Assembly: GCF_900107205.1 (NCBI RefSeq)
Contig: NZ_FNPC01000014.1
Span: forward strand, 1 to 40,000
Length of the DNA: 40,000 nt
Reading direction: 5' to 3'
DNA from: Halopenitus persicus
GTDB taxonomy: Archaea; Halobacteriota; Halobacteria; Halobacteriales; Haloferacaceae
Shown: positions 9,250-17,009 of the stretch, one piece after another
How the letters are laid out: each line of letters starts with the position of its first letter
How positions within the stretch are numbered: position 1 is the first letter of the stretch
The notes under the pieces: generated by a model
What the model was told of the DNA's origin: nothing
Databases searched by the model: none
What the model saw: the letters and a program-made list of their open reading frames with translations, nothing else
Program-made: the position numbers and the translations under genes

Positions 9250-9939
9250 TTACGAGAACTCCGGCCGTTCAGCATACGTGATCGGATCGCGTGACCCAGC
9301 ATTCCGGAACGCCTCAAGCCGGAACGCACACGCGTCACACGTCCCGCACGCTGGCTCGTCATCCCGGTAACACGACCACGTCATCTCGTACGGCACGCCG
9401 AGTTCTAACCCCCGCTCCGCGATCTTCGTTTTCGACCACTCGACGAACGGGGCTTTCAACTCGATCGCTGTCTCCGGTTTGGTGCCGACATCAATCACGT
9501 TCTGGAAGGCGTCGAAGAACGCCGGGCGGCAGTCAGGGTAGCCCGAGAAATCCTCGGAATGAGCGCCGATAAACAGCGCCTCCGAATCAGTCGCTTCCGC
9601 GTACGACGTCGCCATCGACAACAGATTCGCGTTCCGGAACGGGACGTACGATGACGGGATTTCGTCACTCTCCAAATCTGCATCAGCCACGTCCATCTCC
9701 TCGTCTGTCAGGCTCGACGCGCCGATTTGGGAGAGATGCCCGGTTTCGATATGGAGGAAGTCAGCCGCATCAACCTCTTCAGCGAGCGCTTTCGCGCACT
9801 CGTACTCCTTGTCTTCGGTACGCTGTCCGTACGACGTGTGCAGGAAGTACGGCTCGTAGCCCTGCTCCATCGCCTCGTACACCGCCGTCGCACTATCCAT
9901 CCCGCCGGACACCAGAATCACCGCACTTGTGTTGCTCAT
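9250..9939 (-). CDS. queC: 7-cyano-7-deazaguanine (preQ0) synthase
   Basis: PP-loop SGGMDS, VPFRNANLL, and the zinc motif C-x..C-x-x-C-x-x-C (WSCYRDDEPACGTCDACAFR). Confidence 0.95.
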   Translation of the reverse strand: MSNTSAVILVSGGMDSATAVYEAMEQGYEPYFLHTSYGQRTEDKEYECAKALAEEVDAADFLHIETGHLSQIGASSLTDEEMDVADADLESDEIPSSYVPFRNANLLSMATSYAEATDSEALFIGAHSEDFSGYPDCRPAFFDAFQNVIDVGTKPETAIELKAPFVEWSKTKIAERGLELGVPYEMTWSCYRDDEPACGTCDACAFRLEAFRNAGSRDPITYAERPEFS

Positions 9940-10037
9940 ATCTGCGTAGTTGCGTCAAATCGATCGGTACTCTGTTCTCCATGCCGCGTGCGACGCCCAC
10001 ACCGCACTGCTCCAATCGGGTTGCGCCAGTACAATGC

Positions 10038-10814
10038 TCATGTGCCCGGCGCGTCGTTCCACAGGTCAACGTGGAGTCGCGGCGTGTACCGGAAACCAGA
10101 CTCCATCGCTAACTCTGCCACTTCGCTGCGCGTCCCATCGAGTTGCTCCCGCGTCATTCCTTCCGGCATCAACAACACGTCATCGTCCGCCACGGTCGTC
10201 GCCGTTGCCGCCCGCACCTGGTCAACCAGATCCGTGATCTCCGGCAGATCCGACTCATCTGTCACGACGAACTTCAACTGCGTCTCGTACGCGTCGACCA
10301 TCCGGGGCAGCGCGTCCATATCGATCCGGTTCTGTTCGTGTTGCTCTTCGAATTCGCCGTCGCCTTTCGGGTCCCGTTCCGGCGTCGGCGTACTACTCGC
10401 CAGTTTCGGGCTGATACTCGCCAGATCGATCGGGGCATCCCGGTAGATCGTCCCGTTCGTCTCCACCGTCGTATGATACCCTTCGGCGGCCAGTCGTTCG
10501 AGGAGTTCGACTGACTCCTCGTGGATGAGTGGCTCCCCGCCCGTGAGTACGACGTGGGTGGCCTGCTCGTGGGACTGGACTTCCTCGATGATCGAGTCGA
10601 CGTCACGCCACGCCCCGGTCGGCTCCCACGACGTATGGTACGAATCACAGAACCAACACCGCAGGTTACACCCAGCGGTCCGCACAAACACGGAGGGGAC
10701 GCCAGCACGCGTTCCCTCACCCTGCAACGAGTAGAACACCTCGTTGATCGGGAGCCCCTCACCAGCCGCGTCACCGTCCGTTACAGGTTCCTCTGCATCA
10801 CTTGCCACCGGCAT
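10038..10814 (-). CDS. queE: 7-carboxy-7-deazaguanine synthase (radical SAM)
   Basis: FYSLQGEG...FVRTAGCNLRCWFCDS is the radical-SAM CxxxCxxC cluster in the QueE context. Its start overlaps the queD stop by 1 nt (TGATG). Confidence 0.93.
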   Translation of the reverse strand: MPVASDAEEPVTDGDAAGEGLPINEVFYSLQGEGTRAGVPSVFVRTAGCNLRCWFCDSYHTSWEPTGAWRDVDSIIEEVQSHEQATHVVLTGGEPLIHEESVELLERLAAEGYHTTVETNGTIYRDAPIDLASISPKLASSTPTPERDPKGDGEFEEQHEQNRIDMDALPRMVDAYETQLKFVVTDESDLPEITDLVDQVRAATATTVADDDVLLMPEGMTREQLDGTRSEVAELAMESGFRYTPRLHVDLWNDAPGT

Positions 10815-11275
10815 CAGTAGGTCGCACAGAGCTCGCCGGTTTCACTCACTGACACCGACACATCCGAGACAGTGTCTGGGAACTCGTCGAGCATCCGTTG
10901 TTCAAGCAAGACGCTCATCACCTCCGCCGTCGGCGGGTGGTCCAACACGACGAGTGCCTCGCCGTCGCCGGCCGCCTCGAACGCCTCCACAAGCGGGTCA
11001 CCCGCTTCGACGAGGAACCGGTGATCCCACGCGTCAATGACGTCCGTGACATCGCCTTTGTCGACGACCCACCCCTCTTCGGTGAGTTCACCAGTCACTT
11101 CGACAGCGATCTCGTAGTTGTGACCGTGTGGCCGCGAGCACTTCCCGTCGTGATGCAGAATTCGATGGCCCGAGCTAATTCGGATGGGGTTGTCCGCTCC
11201 GATTTGGAGTGTACGTTGGCCTGCTTCCTGAAGCATATCTGCTTCGGATTCTCCTCTTGATATACCCCGGGACAT
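10814..11275 (-). CDS. queD: 6-carboxy-5,6,7,8-tetrahydropterin synthase
   Basis: SSGHRILHHDGKCSRPHGHNYEIAVEV is the PTPS/QueD Cys-His-His motif. The ATG at 11275 is preferred because a TTTATATA box lies about 21 nt upstream, suggesting a leaderless transcript. Confidence 0.9.
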   Translation of the reverse strand: MSRGISRGESEADMLQEAGQRTLQIGADNPIRISSGHRILHHDGKCSRPHGHNYEIAVEVTGELTEEGWVVDKGDVTDVIDAWDHRFLVEAGDPLVEAFEAAGDGEALVVLDHPPTAEVMSVLLEQRMLDEFPDTVSDVSVSVSETGELCATY

Positions 11276-11296
11276 ACTCGAAGAATACCCAGGGAA

Positions 11297-11304
11297 TATA
11301 TAAA
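11297..11304 (-). promoter_or_regulatory. putative archaeal TATA box of the queD-queE operon
   Basis: TTTATATA on the minus strand ends 21 nt before the ATG at 11275. This is the typical spacing for haloarchaeal leaderless mRNAs. Confidence 0.4.
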
Positions 11305-11455
11305 TATTGAGTTTCGATACTCCATCGATGGAACAGCAGCACCACTCACGATCGTCTCTCCGCCGACTCTCTCGTTGGCCATCGGTATCCACCACGGCCG
11401 GGCCGCAAGATAGCACCGCACGCAGCTGTATGGTCATAGCCGGTGGTGACCGCTA

Positions 11456-12115
11456 ATGGAGACCGAGGATACTCGCGCAATCTTTACTGCTGTGTTCGCC
11501 GGCTCAATCGTCCTCGCAAACGTCCTCGCAGCGAAACTCACGTGGATCGAACTCCCCGGGCTCGGCGGTGTTGCCGTCCCCGCTGGGTTTGTTGCGTTCG
11601 GCGTCGCGTACCTCGCCTCTGACTTGCTCGTCGAGTACCACGGGAAAGAGTACGCTGCGACCGTGGTCAACGGCACCGTCGTCACGCTCGTCATCGCGTA
11701 TGCCCTCGTGTTCCTCGCCATTTGGATGCCATCCGCCCCCTTCTACGGTGGGCAAGACGCGTTCGTCTCGACGCTTGGCGGCTCGGCATCGATCATCCTC
11801 GCCTCCGTCGTCGCGCTCGCGTTCGCCCAACATCTCGACGTCCGACTCTTCGCCAATCTCAAAAGCCGCACTGCTGGCCGTCACCGATGGCTCCGAAACT
11901 GCGGATCCACTGCAATTAGTCAAGGCGTAGACACCGTCGTGTTCATCACGCTCGGCTTCGCCATCTTCCCCGCACTCGGCCTTGGTGGGAACCCAACGTG
12001 GGGCTGGGCGCTCGTATCGATCATCGCCGGACAGTACATCGTGAAACTCCTAGTCACGCTGATCGACACGCTCCCGTTCTACGCCGTCACAGAACTCGTG
12101 GAACGACCGGCTTAG
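11456..12115 (+). CDS. yhhQ: queuosine-precursor (preQ0/preQ1) transporter, YhhQ/DUF165 (VUT) family
   Basis: Six TM helices. IVLANVLAAK, FGVAYLASDLLVEYHGK and RWLRNCGSTAISQGVDTVVFI match the YhhQ family pattern. It is divergent from queD. Confidence 0.85.
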   Translation: METEDTRAIFTAVFAGSIVLANVLAAKLTWIELPGLGGVAVPAGFVAFGVAYLASDLLVEYHGKEYAATVVNGTVVTLVIAYALVFLAIWMPSAPFYGGQDAFVSTLGGSASIILASVVALAFAQHLDVRLFANLKSRTAGRHRWLRNCGSTAISQGVDTVVFITLGFAIFPALGLGGNPTWGWALVSIIAGQYIVKLLVTLIDTLPFYAVTELVERPA

Positions 12116-12357
12116 ATACGATATGTACTGAATGAAGACCAATCACCGATGCTGAATCGGAGCATAATATCGAATTCAGTGTTCGACGTGGTAGACGGTG
12201 AAAAATAGATAAATGAACTCGAAACTACAGGCTGGTTAAATAACAGATTAGTATTGTCGAGATAGATTTATTTCTACTCTCGTTGACGGAATACGATCTC
12301 AGATATTCTAGTCGGGAAAAGATATAAGTCGCAGCTGAGCTTATCGCAGCTCGTTAT

Positions 12358-13392
12358 ATGCTATACAGACGAGGAACATTATCAACACCACACGGGAAAT
12401 TAGAGACACCTGTTCTCTTCCCAGTCCGTAACATCGGGAAGCGATCGAGCGATAACACCCCAGAGTACACGGATGAGATCCCTGACCTTTCGACTGCGAT
12501 GGTTAATGCTCGGTCGATACGTCAGCGAGAACCACAATGGGATAGAATACAGGAGGGCCAGACTCTGCGCGATGAGATGGGGGTACCCCAGTCAACGATT
12601 GTTTTCGCCGATAGTGGCGGGTTTGACTTTCGATCTGAAGAACTAGACACTACCCCAAAGAAATCACTCGAAACACAGCAGGCAATTGATGCAGATATTC
12701 TTGGTACAGTCGACGTTCCACTCTCACGCGAAAACAGGGAGCGTGAGAATGGCCGGCGGGTTGAAGAGAACATTCAACGGGCCCTTGCAGCGAGTGATTC
12801 GCATAATGGCGACGGCTTACTTTTCGCTAGCGTGCACGGATATGACCCTGAGACAATACGGAATGGGATTCGGTATCTTGAGAAAAATGGTGAATTCGAC
12901 GGATACGCGCTCGGTAGTCTTGTTCCTATCAGGACCGACTATGAGAAGGTCACAAAACTGATATTAGCTGCAAGGCGAGCAACTGACAAGCACCTCCATA
13001 CGTACGGATTGGGTGGCCTGGTGTACCAACCATTACTGCTCTACTGCGGAGTAGACAGTTTCGACTCAAGTGCGTTTATCCGAAGTGCTGGTAATCGGAA
13101 CTACCTGATCCCTGGGTTCGGAGGTGAAGAACTTCGACATATCGAGGATCTTGAATACCTTCCTTGTGCTTGTCCAGTCTGCAAAGACCGTACCCTCGAC
13201 GACGTCCGCGAGGATCGTGATGCCCTCGTGAAGCACAACTTATGGGCACTCACACTCGAACTTCGTCGCTTCCGATATATGGTGGAAGCAGGCGAGGACG
13301 TTGAATCATACCTCGATCTTCGCTTCCGTGGCAACGAGGTTACCGCCAGGGCCTACAAACTAGCGAAACAGCAAGTCAGGAGGCTCGTATGA
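12358..13392 (+). CDS. short tRNA-guanine-transglycosylase-superfamily protein lacking a PUA/C-terminal domain (DpdA-like candidate DNA transglycosylase)
   Basis: TGT motifs appear in order: TPVLFPV, FADSGGFDF (12610-12627), LHTYGLGG, GVDSFDSS (13048-13068), and the zinc site CACPVC...H (13165-13236). The protein is only 344 aa. Its stop overlaps the next start (ATGA at 13389-13392). Confidence 0.85.
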   Translation: MLYRRGTLSTPHGKLETPVLFPVRNIGKRSSDNTPEYTDEIPDLSTAMVNARSIRQREPQWDRIQEGQTLRDEMGVPQSTIVFADSGGFDFRSEELDTTPKKSLETQQAIDADILGTVDVPLSRENRERENGRRVEENIQRALAASDSHNGDGLLFASVHGYDPETIRNGIRYLEKNGEFDGYALGSLVPIRTDYEKVTKLILAARRATDKHLHTYGLGGLVYQPLLLYCGVDSFDSSAFIRSAGNRNYLIPGFGGEELRHIEDLEYLPCACPVCKDRTLDDVREDRDALVKHNLWALTLELRRFRYMVEAGEDVESYLDLRFRGNEVTARAYKLAKQQVRRLV

Positions 13393-14282
13393 GTGACGAA
13401 CGCCCCACCGTTCGACCAGTTAACCTCGGTCGACTGGTCGAACTAACCCACTTGTGTCGAAACGACGCGCAGTCGACGGATGACATCGTTGATGCACTCG
13501 ACGTGAGTAAACGGCGTGCACGAGAGACCATCCTCGAATCGACGCGAATCAGTCTCGTTGAAGAAATATCTAACAAGGAAACCTACTCGACAACGACCGT
13601 CGGTGAGCGCTTTATCGATGCCGTTGAATCGAGCGATTGGGAGAAAGTGAACTCGGTTTTGAAAACACACAGTCCACACTACGGCGAATTTCTCAGTCTA
13701 TTCGAAGATGGCAGCACCGTCGAACCGGACGCAGCGCTCGAACTACTTGAAAACCAAGCCGAGTTCACCCCTTACGAGTATAACGAAACATCGTTGGACG
13801 TCATCGGGGCCTGGGCGCAACGCCTCGGCGCTATCCAGAGAAATGCGTTCGATGGTACCTTCTACGCAGTCAAAAAACGCGATGTGCCGCCAAACTTCCC
13901 GTACGCGTTGCTGTCCGTTGCTGACAGTCTTGAGGAAAGTGCTGGTGTGAATCTGAAGAAACGGTATCTCTCGATCCCGGAACTTCGTGAACATACCTGT
14001 GAGTGTCTCAGTTGTGACCGTGCTACGTTCGATGAAGGCCTGCGGACGCTCGCACAACAAAACATCGGTCGGATAGAACTTTCCGGAGCACCCATCGACA
14101 CCGGCGCGAAGGAAGCACGATACGGACTCAAAACGATCGAACTAGCCGACGAGGACGGCGAACTCGTCTCAACCGATCAGTCTTCAGAGCAAGTGATGCG
14201 TGGTGTCGAGCAGCTCGGTAAACAATACTATTACCTCGCGGTGTACGACCGTGAACTCCAATTCAACAATAATGACAACTGA
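13389..14282 (+). CDS. hypothetical protein with an N-terminal winged-helix-like domain
   Basis: LVELTHLCRNDAQSTDDIVDALDVSKRRARETILESTRISLVEE resembles a wHTH. It overlaps both neighbouring genes. Confidence 0.6.
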   Translation: MSDERPTVRPVNLGRLVELTHLCRNDAQSTDDIVDALDVSKRRARETILESTRISLVEEISNKETYSTTTVGERFIDAVESSDWEKVNSVLKTHSPHYGEFLSLFEDGSTVEPDAALELLENQAEFTPYEYNETSLDVIGAWAQRLGAIQRNAFDGTFYAVKKRDVPPNFPYALLSVADSLEESAGVNLKKRYLSIPELREHTCECLSCDRATFDEGLRTLAQQNIGRIELSGAPIDTGAKEARYGLKTIELADEDGELVSTDQSSEQVMRGVEQLGKQYYYLAVYDRELQFNNNDN

Positions 14283-15429
14283 CAAATTCGAAATTACAGA
14301 CGAACAGCGCGACTACTCATCCCTGGGTCTCAACGAAAACCCGTTCCCCTACAGTCCAGTACCCTCAGACAACCCAGAGGTTTACTGTGGACAAGATCAC
14401 GTAGCGAACGCAGTAAGCAATACCGTGTCATCGGTACTCAGTACCGGGAAATCGAAGCACCTCGTCATAACCGGAAAGTACGGAAACGGGAAATCCCATA
14501 CCCTCAAATACGCACGCTCGCTCGTCCGTGACCGCGAAGACGTTCTCGTTGGATACGTCGCTCAGCCCGGAGAAGGGTTCCTCGACGTCTATCACGAGTT
14601 TATGTACGACCTCGGCTTCGATCGTGTGCAGGAACTCGCATATGAATTCCTTGCTCACGTCGCCCGAGAGCACACCGAAACGAATCCGATGGGGGCACTA
14701 TCGATGAAGTCGCTGCTCGATGAGGGAGAAACTCTGCTCTCAGAACTTGTCCCAAAGGCCATCCAACAACTGAGTGATGTCACGAAGTTCGCTGATTTCG
14801 CTCGGGCGATCGTACATATGGTGTACGAGGACACGAACCTCTACGCGTGGCAGTGGCTCACCGCGGAGGGCATTCGGTACGAACAGCGCAAGGAGATGGA
14901 GATTCACAGCGCGCTTGACGACGACACGATGGGTGTACGGGCGTTTACTGCGCTCAAGAATATGCTCCTCGAACTCGGATACACCGGCGTGTTCGTCTTC
15001 GTGGATGAGTTCGAGAGCGTGGCGCGGCTCTCCCCGAAGAACGAACAGGCGACGCTCAACAGTCTACGGCATTTGATGGATCAGAACAGTGCCGGACTCA
15101 GTATGATGTTCGGATGTGCTCCGGAAGTCTGGCAGGACATTATGAGCGAGTACCACGCGTTCTCCGAACGGATCGGTCGAGAAGTCTCCCTCCGACCGAT
15201 GACAGAGGACCACTTGAAAGACCTCGTCGATTCTTATCTTGACCTTGCGTCCGGTGAGGGGGTTTCAGTGTCCGATATTTTCGAGGAAGACAGCCTCCAA
15301 TTGATTTTGCAGAGTTCACAAGGGAACGTACGACAGGCACTTTCTATCTGCAGCTACACAATTGATGATGCAGCCAGACGAGGGCGGGCAAACATCGACG
15401 CAGAAATCATTCAAGAAGCCATCTCCTAA
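14272..15429 (+). CDS. P-loop NTPase (AAA/Orc1-like) with an N-terminal NPF motif
   Basis: The ATG at 14272 overlaps the upstream stop by 11 nt. LNENPFPY; Walker A GKYGNGKSH (14473-14496); Walker B VFVFVDEFE (14989-15015); C-terminal helical lid. Confidence 0.8.
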   Translation: MTTDKFEITDEQRDYSSLGLNENPFPYSPVPSDNPEVYCGQDHVANAVSNTVSSVLSTGKSKHLVITGKYGNGKSHTLKYARSLVRDREDVLVGYVAQPGEGFLDVYHEFMYDLGFDRVQELAYEFLAHVAREHTETNPMGALSMKSLLDEGETLLSELVPKAIQQLSDVTKFADFARAIVHMVYEDTNLYAWQWLTAEGIRYEQRKEMEIHSALDDDTMGVRAFTALKNMLLELGYTGVFVFVDEFESVARLSPKNEQATLNSLRHLMDQNSAGLSMMFGCAPEVWQDIMSEYHAFSERIGREVSLRPMTEDHLKDLVDSYLDLASGEGVSVSDIFEEDSLQLILQSSQGNVRQALSICSYTIDDAARRGRANIDAEIIQEAIS

Positions 15430-15531
15430 AATCATCTACCTCTATCAAGATTCACTTGATCGGTTCTGTTGACATTATCGTCTATTGATGGGTTTGAAGC
15501 GCCGTGGTAGATAGAAAAATGGGATTCAATA

Positions 15532-15583
15532 GGCTCTGTTGAAATCCTCAGAAATTGATAGGTAGTGCTTGCTGAATCAAGAG
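15532..15583 (-). repeat. inverted-repeat arm E (partner of arm D)
   Basis: ggctctgttgaaatcctca...tgctgaatcaagag. Confidence 0.75.
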
Positions 15584-15671
15584 GTGGGTGTAGCACGGTT
15601 CCTTTGATTGTTTCACGTCAAATTGAATGGGCCAGCAACTCGTTGAACGTGCAAATGCAACGGTGGCTCCG

Positions 15672-15842
15672 TCAACCGAGTATTTTCACAACTGTCGCAG
15701 GCTTCCCCAGGACGACGACGTTCTCAGGGATATCTTCGGTAACGACGGCAACTGATGCGATTGTAGAGTTGTTACCAATTGTTACGTCGGGATTGATGTA
15801 CGCTCGCACTTGAGAGATACTAGTAACTGCTCCGAAAATCAT
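15672..15842 (-). pseudogene. C-terminal fragment of a hexapeptide-repeat (LbH) acetyltransferase
   Basis: The minus-strand translation gives ...[48 protein letters not shown], the typical end of a left-handed beta-helix acyltransferase. No N-terminal body is present. Confidence 0.5.
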
Positions 15843-15973
15843 ACTTGGAGTACTGAGGCTGATATTTCCAAGTACAAAAATATAAAAACTGAATTTAGCT
15901 ATACGGCATAGTGATATGAATACTGGACTCCGCGTTGAAAAATATTATATCCGGTGCCGGTGTTGAGACGGTA

Positions 15974-16165
15974 ATGTCAGAGCTTGCACGTGAGTATGGG
16001 GTTCTTCCAGAAGCTACTGAGGAAAGTAAATATTTGTCCGAGCAACTTTCCCGACTTCATATCATATTTGACTACCTCATAAATATGTCAAATGAAATTA
16101 ATGGAGATCCGTCCTCTGATGAACAAGATACTTCTAATACCTCAAACCCATGTCAAAATTTATGA
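15974..16165 (+). CDS. hypothetical small protein (doubtful)
   Basis: AT-rich ORF; an internal ATG gives MSELAREYGVLPEATEESKYL.... No recognisable family. Confidence 0.2.
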   Translation: MSELAREYGVLPEATEESKYLSEQLSRLHIIFDYLINMSNEINGDPSSDEQDTSNTSNPCQNL

Positions 16166-16211
16166 CGTGTCCACACAAATCGAGTGACCCGTTCCCATCC
16201 ATTGGGGCACT

Positions 16212-17009
16212 GTGGGAGGATTCCAACTCGTGACCTTACAGTACTCACGATTCTACCAACTGTACGCAGCAGTCCAGTTGGTTGCAAATGACGAAGCGTA
16301 CACTAAAGAGTCGCTGCGTGAAGCTCTGGTCGCACGGAAAGATCTTGATGCGAACCTCCCAGACTCGGAGGAAGGCGCCAAAGATGTCATCGAAGAGTTG
16401 GGAAATGCCCTACTTATTCAGGAAGCTGATGGTCATATCAAGTTAACATCGGAGGCTGAACTCCCTCAGAATTCGAGGTTGCTATTCTCCGGAAAGGCAG
16501 TAAGTGAGTCGATTTATGCCGCCGACGACACCGAAGCGTATGATCGAATGTTAACGAACCTCACTTATGCCCATCCGGAACTTCTCAACATCGCAAAGGA
16601 GGTCTATCGAAACAAGCCGCTAGAAAAATTTGAGATAAAGCGGGCGATAGCCGGGAACGATCCATTCGGAAACAAACTCAATGATTTCACTATCGATATA
16701 GGTGTAGAACTCTTATCAGATGCGGACGTGATACGGAAGAGTGACCGCGGATACACCGATGGCCGGTGTCCGATTACCCTACTCGCACATCTCATCTATG
16801 AAGAGTACGAAGCAATCGCTTCCGGTGATGAGAATGGCGTCTCCGAGCAAGAACTCTTTGAACGTATCGAACTGATGTACGGTATCGAGAAGTCGACATT
16901 CGAGAACCATCTGTCCCGACTCCAGCGTCACGGGTTCGTCACACCCGGGAGCTACGGCGAAATCACCTTCGACAAGGACGCATTCAACGCAGCTCGTATC
17001 CATGAGTAA
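16212..17009 (+). CDS. hypothetical protein, first gene of the five-gene operon (wHTH-like ends)
   Basis: GTG start (an alternative GTG is at 16230). The C-terminus SEQELFERIELMYGIEKSTFENHLSRLQRHGFVTP resembles a wHTH. Its stop (17007-17009) overlaps the ATG at 17002 of the next gene. Confidence 0.6.
   Translation: MGGFQLVTLQYSRFYQLYAAVQLVANDEAYTKESLREALVARKDLDANLPDSEEGAKDVIEELGNALLIQEADGHIKLTSEAELPQNSRLLFSGKAVSESIYAADDTEAYDRMLTNLTYAHPELLNIAKEVYRNKPLEKFEIKRAIAGNDPFGNKLNDFTIDIGVELLSDADVIRKSDRGYTDGRCPITLLAHLIYEEYEAIASGDENGVSEQELFERIELMYGIEKSTFENHLSRLQRHGFVTPGSYGEITFDKDAFNAARIHE

Noticed and set aside
9291-11040. Plus-strand ORFs overlapping queC, queE and queD (for example 9727-10446, 239 aa)
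   Set aside because: They are antisense to unmistakable queC/queE/queD genes, and their Arg/Ser/Pro-rich translations are implausible.
12358-13392. Calling the 344-aa TGT-like protein the housekeeping archaeosine tRNA-guanine transglycosylase (tgtA)
   Set aside because: Archaeal ArcTGT carries additional C-terminal domains including PUA and is much longer. This protein ends shortly after the zinc site and overlaps an ATPase operon. The call cannot be fully excluded without phylogeny.
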